Source: Pseudovirgaria hyperparasitica (taxonomy: Eukaryota). Taken from it: a stretch of 64,000 nucleotides of DNA. Location: NCBI GenBank assembly GCA_010093815.1, contig ML996584.1; one strand, given 5' to 3'. Position 1 is the first letter of the stretch; every line of letters begins with the position of its first letter. The translations under genes and the position numbers were made by a program. The notes under the pieces are model-generated. The model did not search any database, was not told where the DNA came from, and saw nothing but the letters and a program-made list of their open reading frames with translations. Positions 26,080-39,406 of this stretch are shown here, piece after piece.

Positions 26080-29000
26080 ACCTTACCACCTTTGTCAAAT
26101 CAATCGTCGCAGATGACGGTCAGATGACCCGACGCCTGTCTGAAGCTGGTCTAAAGGCATGGCACCATGACATTATTTGTCATTTTCTTCTGCACGGGGG
26201 TCTTACAAACTACAAGTCTAGAATGAATACGAGGAAAATCACATCAACAAAAACTATAAAAAAACAACAACATATCTTCAGCATGAGCTGGTAGGGTCGA
26301 ACAGGCATATCAGCCTAGAAACACCTGGACCAGCTCATGAATATTGCGAACATTCTCCTTAATTCTCGGCAGCCATTCTACCCACACATATCCTTGTCTC
26401 GTCAAGGGACGGGAAAAGTGGGTGGCACTGTCCATAGAGCTCGTCAAGAGCCGCCTTACGGCACATGGGGTAACGAAGGGGGTGTCAATAGCGCTCAAAG
26501 CATATTTGGGGGGCTGTCTGAGCGTCTGCTACTTACTGTATTGCTTTGAAATTTCCGAACCGTTTGTTCAAATCTTCCCTTTGGAGTGGTCGCATTTGCA
26601 AGTATGCACACGTGCATCGTCTGTCTTTTCCGCATCGGGAACGGGATACATGTTGGGAGGCTCTTTGAAATTTTCCGCACTTTGTCTATTACGTTGTAAT
26701 TCTCCTTTATCCTTTTCACTGTTACCCATTTTGGCTCTCTTCGTCTGGCGCCGCCCCGCCGTCAATATTGCGCTCGGAGCGGTTGATGGGCCACGGCACG
26801 TTCCAGTGTGCCAACTGTTGCATATTGGTGGAACAGGGAGGGAACATGACGTTATCCGTAGCCTTTGCGCAACCAAAAAGCCAGCGTTCACGCGGAAGAA
26901 GAAGCTGTTGTAGTTGGTTTGCAAACCGCATGCTCACACATTCACACACACACCTCACAAAATCGATTTGACTTGACGACTTTTGTTTCTCTAGTGTCTA
27001 GTGCATTGTGTCCAGTCACTAAACTCCGTCAGCGGACCTCCTGGCGGGCACCTGCATCTTGTATCACTTGGCGATGACGAGACTCTTACACACACTAAGG
27101 TAGGTAGCGATGCGATCCATCTCAGACACGGCACGGCGCACGTGGTCGATGCAAGACAGCGGGCAGTGTCCTAAAAGAAGAAATAATCAAGCTCTTTTTC
27201 TTCTACCCTACAGGAGGAGAAATGAAACAGCCCGTGATTTGACGACGGGCCAGGCCTGCTGAGAGAGTGCTGCTAGACTGATTAGTAAGACTTGGGGGGG
27301 GCATCCATGCATCATCATATAAGGTAAAAAAACGGTCCTGTATGTATGATGATGATGATGCGACCGACACACAGGAACATGTGACTTGAGCCGTCTGCGT
27401 GTCACCCGCCTCTAGTATTACGCGCAACTGTTTTTTCAACCGGGGGGGGACCGCCCAAACAAGGGGGGAGAAGAAAAGGTAAGGGGAAAGACTGGCTGGG
27501 TAAGGGGTTTAATTGTTCGACTGTTCCACTTGCCCAGACGGCCAAAACCGACGCAGCGGTTGAAGCGTCCAGCGGCAAGACGGACGGCTAAGGGATTGAT
27601 GGGTGAGTGGGGCGGCCATCTGCCATGCCCATGCTCCATGCTACATGCAGACATGCTACAGGCTACAAGCTACATGTGTGCTACATACAGTACACATGCC
27701 CCATGCTTCATGCCCGCCCGCTGCCTGTGCCCGCCGCCTGTGCCCATCCATCCATCCATCCATCCATCCCATCCCATCGTACCTAATGAATGCCCACCTT
27801 TCTATCTACAGTCTCCTCTCCTCCAACAACCCCAGCCAGCCCCATCCATCCACACCTATCCCTACATCACCCATACCTCCATCCATTCCATCCATCCATC
27901 CACCCATCGCCAGCAGACCACCTCTCCCTCATCCCATCGTTTCCCTCCCATCCGCCAGAAGCGACTGTCGTACCTGTGGGCGCGCGCGCGGGAGAGGAGA
28001 AGGGGGGTATTGATGCGCCACACAACTGATCCCGAGCCCGCCCTCCCCTCGCACGTTTTGAACGAATAAAAAAGCACAAGAGTTTTTTTTTTGGTGGACG
28101 CAACACGGATCTTGCCGTCTTGCTTGGGGTCGTGGCAGCCCTACGGATGCGAGCTTGCGAGCGGGGCCCTTCCCCTCCCCCCCTAGCTGCCTTGCTCTCC
28201 CTGGCCAATTGTATCGCTTGCGCTGCTCCTGTCTTCCATTACGCTTCTATGGCTCCGTCGTGCGCTCCGGGGGTTGGGACGAGGTGGTGGGGCTGGGCAG
28301 GCTGTATGTATGTACATTGGGACTTGGTATTGGCACTGGTATTGGCACTGGCACTGGCACTGGCACTGGCGGCGGCGGCGGCGGCGGCGGAGGAGGAAGT
28401 TACGAGCAAAAGAAGGACGACAGGCGGAGAGTGCTGGTGGTGCTTGCTGGTGGTGGCTTAGATGGTGATTGAAATGATTACTGAATGACAACTTTTCTAC
28501 TCTGGGTCACAGAACCCGCAAATTTTTTGATCTTATTTGGTCCTCCTGTGTATGTGTAATTGATTAATTAGTTCCTGGACTTCTGGACCTCGACCTCGAC
28601 CTGGACCTGGACCTACCTCTCTGTGATTGAATGCTGCCATATCTTGGATACCTTGGTAGAACTAACTAACAAAATACTAACTAATTACGCCTACGCTGGA
28701 TCGCGCCGTGCGCTCCGTGACAACGGAGATGGCCAGCCAGCTTCTGGTCGCCGTCATCGTCGTTGCCGTCGTCGTCGCCGTCGTCGTCTGTGCCACGCCT
28801 CGTTTACTAACTGCGCTTGCGCTCTATACGAGGGAAGAAAAGGATGCCTTTCGTGCGGCGGCGGCGGCGGCGGCACCCGCCACTCCCTCCATTCATCCCA
28901 TCTCCACAGAACACACCAAACTCAGGTACCGGGGGGGTTCTAGACAACTCGCCATCCGATCCGAAGAGATCGTTTATGTGGGTGAGAGATGATGGATTTG

Positions 29001-29517
29001 ATGGCGAGACTGCGTGGTGCTCGGGATGCTCGGGCCATTGCTCGCTTGCTTGCTTGCTTGCTTGCTGGCTGGCGTGCTGCTAATTGCTAATTATTGAATG
29101 AAGGGGGGAAAAGGGTAAAAAGGGCAGAAGAAGAAGAAGAAGACGAAGAAGAATCTTGTGATTGAGATGTTGTTGTTTGTTACTCATGGATCACTGGTCT
29201 TCTCTGTTGGGCCTTTTCGAAAGAGGGAGAGAGAGGGGGAGGGAAGGGGGGGTGTTGGCCAGCATAATATCATCATGATGCTGTGCAGCAACTCTCTCTG
29301 ATCACGTATCGTGGCCGCCTAGTCCATTATCCACACCAACCTTTTCTCTCGTCCGAGGGGACCTTGTTAACGGGATGTTGTTGTTGTTGCTGCATCGTCA
29401 TCGCAGCAAAAGGTTTGAAACACACGTGTGCCTCCGCCGTGGCCGCCGCCAGGGCCCGGCACGCATCATCCGCAGTTTGCATCAGTATGTATCACCTCGT
29501 CCGTCGTGCATCGTGCA

Positions 29518-29549
<32 letters not shown>

Positions 29550-31524
29550 GAATGAAATGGATCCAAGCCCTCTCCCTTCTACCCCTCTCTCCCTGCGTCG
29601 GTCTCTCTCTCTCCTTACAGTAGTACCTCAATCAGTACCTACCTATCTCCACCATCTCCCCTCCCTCCCTTCCTTCCTTCCTTCCTTCCCTTCCTTCCCT
29701 CCCATCCCTCCCATCCAGCCCAGCAATCCGCGTCTTCCGCACCAAGCCGTCCCTCCCTCATCTCCCGCCGCAGCCAATGACATTACCCATCAAACGTCGG
29801 TATATATATATATTCAAAGCGGATTCTGGTCCTACTAGCTAATAGCTAGCTACAATTACCCACCCGTCCGCCCGTGCGCCCACGACGTACCGTGGTTCAT
29901 AGTCCATAGTTCATTCATCCAGGACGGACCTCCAGTAAGTAAATTATTACCCCGATTCTGCATTCTAAACGCAATGCACGCATGCAATGCATGCAAAATG
30001 ACATGCGACGGCGCGCCCGGCTCGCACCTCCCGGGGGCTGCTGCTGCTGCTGCTGATGGATGCATGCATGCATGTGGTTCAGCTAGTTTCGGTTTTGGTT
30101 CAGTCTAGAAGGATTATAATATCCGTCGTGCGGTATATTGACCGTACCTTGTTTTTTTGCTACCTATGTATGTATGTATGCTATGGATGCTATGTATGCT
30201 GGATGTACGGGACATGCTACCGGCCACATCCACGCACGGCTGGCTGGCACCGTCCGGCCGTCTCCTTTCTTCTGAGTCTCTCGTTCTCTCGCTCGCTCTT
30301 TCCCCCTTTCTCCGCTCCTCCCTCCCTCCCTCCTCCTCTTTATTAGGTGGAAGGGAAGGGAAGGGAAGGGAAGAAAAGGGAAAGAAAGAGCGAACGTGAC
30401 GTGTGAAAAGTCTGGTACCCGATTTCGGGCTGCTAAGGGGGGGTTGTATATCAATCAGGGTTGACCGGAGAGAGTGAGAGAGTGGGAGAAAGTGCGAGCA
30501 TGTCATATCATGGGATGTTTTGCTGACAAGCAAGCAAAGTAACCTTACGCCAGCCCGCAAGCCATCCCCGGCCAACGGCAATTGACGGCTCTGTTGGTAT
30601 ATACTACTACTAAGATACCTATGGTTTGTGGTGGTGTGGTATGTGTGTCAAGACATACATCCATCAGCAGTCAACAGAAGTCTCAGCCTACGTAATCCCA
30701 ATCCAACAAGCAAGGGGCAGGCAGGCAGGGGAGCGGAGGGAAGGGGGGGTATCGGCCAAAGAAAACAAGCATTTTCCAATCCCATTAGGTTTGCGGAGAA
30801 GTCTTCTTTTTTTTTCCTCTCTTAAACAGAAAAACAGGGGGGGCAGTACCAAAATAAAATAAAAAGATAAAAAAATTTAGAGTTTGAGACGTTGAGCCGT
30901 TTAGTGTGTCGTGTGACCCCCGCCGGCCGCCGCCGGCCGTAACCGTTCCTGAGAAAAGAATGAAGCTGAGACAACGGGACAGAATTGAAGTGATGATCCT
31001 GATTGCCTGCATGAATTAGACGAGATCGGCGGGGTTTCGTTTTGGGTTTTGGTGGTGGTGGTGGTGGTACCACTGGATCGGATGAGGGCCGTCCAGGTTG
31101 ATGATGGAATATGGTTACTGCTGGCTAGGTACTTGTTAGTTTGTTATTATTGGAGGAGGCAGGGAGTGAGGGAGGGAGGGGGGACTGTTGCCTGTGTGTG
31201 TGTGTGTGTATGTGTACCGTTCGTATACTTAGGTACCTAGGTACAGTATGAATGGATGAATGAATGAATGATAGAAAAAAGCACGAGCCTGTTCTCGCAT
31301 ATACCTGAATCCCAGGTAAACCTCAGCATGTCTGTCCCCCGTCTCTCCATGAATCCCTTCTAAGAGGTAGCGCAATCGATACTGCGGTTTCCTCTTCGGG
31401 TATCCCGGCTCCTTCTTTGCTACTAGTGCATCCATCGTATGATTATTCTCCGCCGGTCAGCCAGCCAGCCAGCCCGCGCTTTAGTCAGTCAGCCTTCAAC
31501 CGTGGTTATTGTTATTGAGGTCCA

Positions 31525-31527
<3 letters not shown>

Positions 31528-31574
<47 letters not shown>
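31528..31574 (+). repeat. (GT)n microsatellite
   Basis: About 23 GT units. Confidence 0.95.
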
Positions 31575-31575
<1 letters not shown>

Positions 31576-33420
31576 TGTTCTCTTGTTCTGGGTCGGTGAG
31601 GTCCATCCCATCCCATGCCATCCGCATCCGCGTTTCCCTCGCTCCCTCTTGTCAACCCAGCCTTTTTGTTTGTGACTATCGATAGTTGGCTGGGTCAGCA
31701 TATATGCATGTCCGTTAATGTCCTGACTAGCTCGGCTCGGCCGGTCCCATGATGGAGGGTCTGGGCGTTGGGTGAGGTATGTATGACTTGCCTGACCGGC
31801 TAGTTGTTGCAAGCAACTTTAAACCTCCTTGACTGACTGGACGAGTGACGAGTGACGACTAACGAGTGGCGATCTTGTTCGTTCGCTCTTTAGGGTTCTT
31901 GCTTCGATGTTAGTTGTTCATTGTCGTCATCGTTGTTGGTCTCCTTGCGTGCCTGATCTTGTTCTGCTCTGTCTATACTCAATTTCGATTCGTAATCTGT
32001 ATAATCTCCTCGATTGTGGTCAATTCTTGAACTTTACATCAATGTCTCCGAGTAGACATCAGAGAGGTAGTAGCCTGATAATACAAGGCCACGTAGACGT
32101 CAGCCCACAAACACATACACACACATGGCAACTCTGTCAAGTTTAACGTGGCAAGTCCATCTGAATTCTCTGAAATTAACTCATCGTTCTCGTTCCTTGC
32201 TTCTCTGTTTGCTTCTCTTGGGAGAGCTATACCCATTCGACTCGTGATTCTATATTCTTCATGTTTGTTTTGGCTCTTTTGGAGAACGAAGAGCTTTTCT
32301 GTCAAGTCGTTTAGACGTATTGAATGACATGTACTTCGTTCGTCTTAGCTCGAATCTTATGGAATGATGAGTAACATGTCGTTTATCACGACTTTTGTTG
32401 GCGATTGTGGATTGATATTAGTACTTTGTAGAGATCAAGTAGTGTAGTGGTTGAATCGTTTAAGGACCTCGCCCATCTACAGACACGGTCTTTGGTATGA
32501 CGGTTGATGATATGCATCTGCAGCTCACACATTATCCTCTATGTATGGCCATACGTGTACGTTGATGACCAGTAAGTAGTACATGCATATACTCTCTGAT
32601 GGGTATCATTTACTACATGCACTTCGAACTCTGTCGGTTTTGACTTTTGCCTGTCCTGTAGCAGCCAGCGTCTACAATCGCGCATATACAAGTCATGACG
32701 TTACTATCCCCGGAAACTACTACCTCTGCCAGCCGTTGGCGCAATCGATCGAATGCATGAGCAGCAAGTCGGAGTGCGGCACACGTGGGCCGCGCGTGAA
32801 GTACAATGTCGTCGCGTCAAAGAGGGTCGGTCAGACCAACGCCGCAAATTCTTCATAGGTCCATCCATGCGGCACGATGAGATGTGTGTGTATGTGGCCG
32901 AGTGGCGTAAATGCTTCGTGGTACACACACCCAAGAACTTCTATGAGACGCCGCATCGCAGATCGAGAGGGATCAAGCCAGACATAAACAAACTCTATTC
33001 TCCTGCGCGTAAGCCGTGTCTAGCCAGCTGGTTGGATCCGTTTCCAATGTTAACAAGGATGATGCGTCGAATGACAAAAAGTCGGCGTGGCAAAGGAGAT
33101 GGAGGGGGGGGAAGGGGGTGTTGATGGGCTGTATCTGACTGTTTGACTGTGCCGTTATGTGCCGGCTATGTTCTATGTCAGAATGGTGATCAGGTGAGTA
33201 GGTAGGTTCAAGCCCGATAGGCAGCAGTACCAAGTTTTAATGAGGCATCACCCGTAAGAGCATTCCTTGATATATTTTCATGGCAAGCAAGCAACACCCT
33301 ACTTGTATCTCGTTCTGTTTTGTAGCCGCGGTAAGCGCGCACTTCCGAGACAACCAACGCCCTTTCGCGGACTAACAACAGATTCTTAACATGACTCAGT
33401 CCAACCACTACTGGTTCAGC

Positions 33421-34847
33421 TTAAGCTTCTCCGGGCCAAACTTCATCAGCAATCGCTCGTACCAATAGCAACTTCTTCCGCATGTCCTCATGGCCCAACG
33501 CATTCCCTTCAGCATGGCTCGCAAACCCACACTGCGGGCTGACTGACAGTCTCTGCAGCGACTCCTTCCTGCTCTCACCTGATCCCTCAGCTACATAGTC
33601 AGCGGCCTTGTAGATGCGGTCTACCATGTTCTGCTTGTTCTCAAGCTCCGGGAACTTCGAAGTGATGACGCCCAGGACAACGTTCTTGTTCTTGGGCAGG
33701 TGCTTCAGGGGCTCAAAGCCGCCGGCACGCGGTGTGTCATACTCGAGGTAGTATGTAGAGACGTTTAGGTCATTAAACAGCTTAGTTGCGATACGATCAT
33801 AAGCTCCTTCGCTAAAGTGCTTGGAGCCGAGATAGTTGCCTCTGCACAGATGAATACCAAGGTGGAAGTCTGCAGGTCGCTACGTGTGCGTGTTAATGAC
33901 TGTAAACGAGGGCTTCTCTTGAAGTACGCACCTCGAAACACTTATTATAAAAGCGGATATAGGCGTCTAGCTGCTCGTCTGCGGTCTGGAAGTTCTGTGT
34001 ATCCGCAGCCCATCCTTCAAGCATGGGCTCAGAGCAGAAATACTGTGCAATGATTAGCTCTCATCTCACTATCACAATGATAACACCCACGGCCAAGTTC
34101 GGATCGTCGACTTGAGCATTCCTGAGTCCGGCGTCATAGAGAATCTTGAGTTCTTGTTGGTAAGCTTTGGCCAGGTCGTCGAAATACTCGTCGTCGTTGT
34201 TGTATACCCCCTGTACGTACGCCTTGTTAGGCCCGTATCTGAAGTGATACCAAGACGGACTTGTCAGGGTCAGCTTGATGCTGCTCCATTTCTCCTTGGG
34301 TAAGATCGACTTCAGATACTCCAACTCCGGTAGGAAGCTACTCCGTCCCGGGTGTGAGAGTTTGCCTACGGCCACAGTGACTTGGTTTGGGATTGTCTTT
34401 GCATGCATGAAGCTCTTGACGTCAGGCGCGTATGCCCGGAAAATAGACTGGTCGTAACCGCCTTCGCGAAGATTGACTTCTTCCATACCATTCAACGTCT
34501 CCATGAACGCTTAATAGCTGTCAGTCCATCGTGGATTATTGACGCTGGGCCGATGACGTCACTTACTTCCCCAGAACTGATGGCGACTGTATTCTCCATT
34601 CGTGATGCTGTGAATACCGCATTCTTGCTGAAGCGTTACGACATCCTTGATTGCCTTCTGCTCGATCGGCACCAGAGATTCTGCCGTGTCTGAGCCTCCT
34701 GCTACGGCATATCTCTTGTCGACCAACTCCTTTGGCCGGAGGAGGGAGCCGATGTGCTCTGGAGCTACGGGTTAGCGCAGGCACTTGATCGATTGACTCT
34801 GTGTACCTACCAGCTCGGAACGGAGGATTGCGCGGCGAGGACACCAT
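33421..34847 (-). CDS. Cobalamin-independent methionine synthase-like protein (single-barrel UROD/MetE catalytic domain)
   Basis: Motifs PPFRAEHIGSLLRP, ITNGEYSR, QVDDP, GIHLCRGNY, YYLEYDTPRAGGFEPL, VSPQCGFAS (His/Cys/Cys zinc ligands). About 5 exons. Confidence 0.9.
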
Positions 34848-37375
34848 AGCGATGAGTACGATGTTGGACACTGTCTTTGCTGCATTCCAAAGATTCGAAA
34901 TGCTCCTCTACCCCTCTCCATGCATCGTGACTCGCGAGGTGGGTGATTGTGGCACGTTGTGCCGCCCTCAACTGCCGAGAGCATGCTTACCTAGGATGAA
35001 TTTGCCATCATAAAACTGGAGTATTAAGAATGTGTAGTCGGACTTTGCTTCTAGAGTCACTTTATGAGGTCGCTGTATAGCATGTGCACAGGAAACCTAC
35101 CAGTCCTCTCCTCTAGTTACCATCATTCTACGAACCAAAACCTCCAGGAAGCCGGAGCTTTTTTGTACTGGTTTTCAGGTTTATGAAGCAGTGAAGGGAA
35201 TGGCTTCCGATGATGACACAGGGGCTATATCAGGATGCACAGGCATACAAAGGGATACATACAGTCACAAGCATCGAGCTGACAGGACTTAGCTTCAATA
35301 CACACCATAATGCCCATCAAAACAACATCCCATAAGCCTCATCATCCTCCTCTCCGTGCAATATGTACACGTAGTCTTTACTTTTACCCGGTCGCGCCAG
35401 GCCTAGAACAGGGTCCTTTACCGAGCTATACTTGTGGATCTTCAGCCCCGAGCACGTAATCGATCGAGGGTGTTCGTTAACAACTACAATTCTATGTCAA
35501 GGGCACGCTTTTGAGTCTCGTAACCACATTATGACTCTCCTAGGCAGGTCCCACCCTCTCCTGTGCTGAATAAAGACGCGCACTAGGCTCGGCCGGCTGA
35601 CACCAGGATTCATGGATGGACGGGAGTGCCGTCGCCATTGCAAAGTGCTTACCGTCTAGGGAACAGGTTTTCATTCCATATTTTGATAGGTAGCGCGACC
35701 TTATTCGTTAGTCAAGACTAAATCGAAGCCTTTTTCTGACAGGCTTGCCAGGATTTCTGCCCTCCAACACCAAAGAAGTGACAATGCAACAACGGCGTGC
35801 GTCACTACACCCTCCTGTCCCGTTGGGATGCAAGGGTAGGTACCATGACTCTATCGATGCTTGTTGGTTGGTCTGTATGTGCGCGGTTGGCTGTCTGTGT
35901 GTAACATCTTGAGACATGACACTCGCAGACTTGGGAGGGAGGAGGGGGGTGCGTGGGAGGTCCACTTCCGAGTATTGTCTGCTGCGGTAATCATGAAGCT
36001 GGAACATGCAGAGATAAACACGGTCTAATGCTCCAAGACACTGGAATACAGTCACAGACCCAGGTCTTCGTGGTGCCATAAGACAAGCCGCGCTCTGCTT
36101 ACTGCCATGCTTCCGATCCTTGCTTCTCCCTGGCTGTTCCAACATGGCAAAAGCGACTAGCAGACAGTTTTAACAACAACCTGTGCGTCGCCTTGCTGTA
36201 AGGCTGAAGACTAAATTGTGGGAACGGGAAGCTCGTAACGTGGAAGGCAATATCAACATATCCAATAGAATTGTGTCCATTGTTCTCCTTTCTGAAATTG
36301 AAGGCCAGGGCTAGGATGCAAGCACATCTCGCAACCCCTTACATGTCCTCAATATCCTCAGTGGACTTCACCACCAATAGATAAATCTGCAGTCAGCATC
36401 AGCAGCCCGGTCCCATCCACGCTCAGCGAGTATGACTGGCATCAATCAGGACCCTGCCTTGACATCTGAGAGCGTCAGGGGCCACAAAACAAATACTCCG
36501 AGGTCAGCCTGCATATATGTGGTCGCTTGCTCCAGACAACAAGAATCCTGTTGGTTCGCTGTCTGATTTGATCAAGCATGTGGGCTTACGCGCGCTTTGC
36601 GCCGTCTGAGCCGACCCGTGCCGCCTCCGTGCATGGCCATGGGTAGTGTTTGCTGAACTTGGGAGGATGGTGGCTATTATCTGAATGTCAAGGATAAACT
36701 TATACCTCACCTGGCGTGCACCAAAATGTCGAGACAACCCACGAGGATCAAGCTTTGCCCTGCTGATTCGTGCCGCGTATCGGTGCAGCTTCCGTTCCTG
36801 GAATCGGGCCTTGTGTGCACACGAAGGGGCAATGTAGCATGTGGACAGAGCGACGTTGCGAGTGAGCATTATGGCTCGTGATCCGTAGAACATGTGGCCT
36901 TGCTCGTTCAGGTATTCATGGCCCTGAATATTGTCTTAGTTGCTGGCAGTTCATGAACCCAATGACATGCAAGGCGGACTCCGTGACATCTCCGATGACA
37001 TGGGAGTTGTTGGTAACAAATAACGGAGATCGAGATGAGCACTTTAATAAGGAATGATGGCTTGCGAGGACCTGTATCTACCACTAGGTCACCAGTGCCA
37101 CAAAGGCTTGAATGGTGGCATTCAAAATCAGGGGAAACTTCAGGTCAATCGACAGGGACCTAATCTGTATGATTATCAGCTCGATGTCATTGTATTTACT
37201 TATTGGTATGAGCCTTAGTCCAAAAGACACAGTGGTGGCTGTGACAAGTCACCGAGCGACTGGTGAAAATCACCATACAACTTTGAGCTGATGAGGAGGG
37301 TAGATGCGACATAATTAATAGTATAACCACACTTTTGTAGCAGTATATATGACGTTCTGAACTAACAACATCGCC

Positions 37376-39406
37376 TTAATCATAGCCTATGATTATAGCA
37401 TCAGATAGCTTAGCCCCTGTCCTCTTTGTTCTTGTGCGATCCAGGGGTGCAGACTCAGGTCTGTGTGGAGGAGAAATGTGGAAATGATCCTGATCATGCC
37501 CACGCATCAACTGGCTGGAAGAAGCATTTCCCCTATGCGGAGTGACTGGCAGACAGCGTTTCTTCTTGGGCGAAGTATTTTCGTCATCGGAGGTCAAGTC
37601 AATGACATTTCGTCCGCCTAAGCACGCGGCCGGCTCCTCGTCCGGACGGCTCTTCAATACCCCTATACATGCGAGGAACAGAGCCTTTGCAGCAACTGGC
37701 GGGAACGCATTACCTATTTGTACTCGAATTTCCGTCTTAGAGCCAGCGAACTGATGTCTCATTGGGAAACCTTGGAGGCACGCTGCTTCCCGGATAGTGA
37801 ACTGTCTGTGCTGGTCGTAGTTTGCGTCTGGCCCACTAGTCGTCATACATGAACGGAGCCCTCGCGATCTATCAGCAACTGGCATATTCCTGGCTGGTTC
37901 GTGGGTCGAGAGTGAATCTCCGCGGGGGATGCCCCGTATTGCTTGATCGATAGAAACGAGCGTCCGAAGGCCACTGCCTGCTTCTCCGTGTGTCGGTGCT
38001 GGCCACGATGGCATCGTGGCGCCATGCCTTCTCATCTATTAGTTTGGTTTGATGATTTTAACTTATACACTTACTTAACAGCCACCATCAATAATCTAGG
38101 TCGCGATTGCTGAGGAAGTCCAAATTCTGCCAGGTTTTCCCTTCTCCACTGCACATCGTACCCACTGTCATGTATCTGCGCCACAAGGCTTTTGAAATAG
38201 TCAAGGTGCCGATTCATCAGCCCAGCTGTTTCCTCGAGGGTCACGATACGAGGTTCAATCGCTTTGATAAGCATACCGACGGAGAATATTGCTGCGGTAT
38301 TTTTGTCATCATGACGTCCCTCTCTAGTGTGCGCCGGGCTAAAGTACTGGCATGGCGGGCTCATGTGGACGTGGTCGATTTGCCCTTTGTGTTGTTCGGC
38401 GAACCGTTGAATGAACTCAGAAACGTCCATACAGTAGTGCTGACTACTTGGGAAGTTTGCTTTGAAGCTCTCAATCTTCGTTGCATCAATGTCAACGCCA
38501 CCCATGATAGTGTACCCGGCTGCTCTTGCTCCGGCTGATGCACCTCCAGCACCACAAAAGACGTCGAGAAAGATGTAGCTTGATCTTTGGGAGACGATTG
38601 TACGTGCTATTTCTAGAATGGATCGAAAGGATCCACCTAAAGGCCTTACGGACTGGACTTGACGCTGTGAAGCGTTCTTGTAAAGATTTATTCTGGTAAA
38701 TCGCGCAGTAAGTCTGGCGAAATGCGTTATGTAATGGCGATCGTCATTGTTATTCTTTCTGTAATATACGGCATCGTCACCATGCCTCCACGACTCCAAG
38801 GGATATGGTCGTGTTGTGATGACCAAATCTCTCTTCTTCATTACGGTCCGGGCGTCCACCTCAATTTGGCCCTGGACCTCCTCAGGCCTTGGATCATTAA
38901 TATCAATGTCCATATCACAAAACACCTCATTCAGCCATGCTGTGGTCACGATTCCACGATAGTGCTTCGACCTACGGAATCTTAAACCACGGAAGAAGAC
39001 AATCGGCGGTGCCCCTCCATCAGATTCTGTGGTATCAAATACGATGTCATGAATCTTGAGGAAGTCTGACTCGTTAACTGAATCGGAACTATCCATTCTC
39101 TGAAATTCAACGCAATCATTGACTACCACAATTTCCCCGTTGTCTAACCGGAAATTTGTAATGCTGATCTTGGGATATTGGATTGGTCCATTGCGTTGGA
39201 CCGTTTGTGGTACGTTCGCGCTGAAGTGGGTGTCTTCAAGTTCGTCTCCCAGGTCGTCACAAAGTTCGAGGCCTGTAAATGCCTGTGCTGTTGCTGCGCT
39301 TGAGTCAGCTAACCAATGCACTAACGTAGCAAACTCAAGGGATTTACTCACCAGTGACGTCGTCAAGGTCTATCGGACGATCCGCAGACCCATTTTGTAC
39401 ACTCAT
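37376..39406 (-). CDS. rid: C5-cytosine DNA methyltransferase of the RID/Masc1/DmtA family
   Basis: Motif I DVFCGAGG, catalytic SPPCQYFSPAHT, motif VI as LEET (the RID/Masc1 variant rather than ENV), motif VIII FGLPQQSRPRL, motif IX REAACLQGFP, motif X QIGNAFPP. Two predicted introns. Confidence 0.9.

Noticed and set aside
33195..33225. GGTTCAAGCCC, resembling a tRNA T-loop/B-box
   Set aside because: No cloverleaf, acceptor stem or A-box could be built around it.
26310..33408. Numerous ORFs downstream of the TF
   Set aside because: SSR-derived or random-looking, with no recognisable motif or consistent exon chain.
35000..37300. ORFs 35708-36145 and 36504-36893
   Set aside because: No domain signature; treated as intergenic, though a lineage-specific gene cannot be excluded.
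38002..38020. Perfect 9-bp inverted repeat GCCACGATG-G-CATCGTGGC
   Set aside because: Inside the rid coding sequence, single occurrence; compatible with chance.
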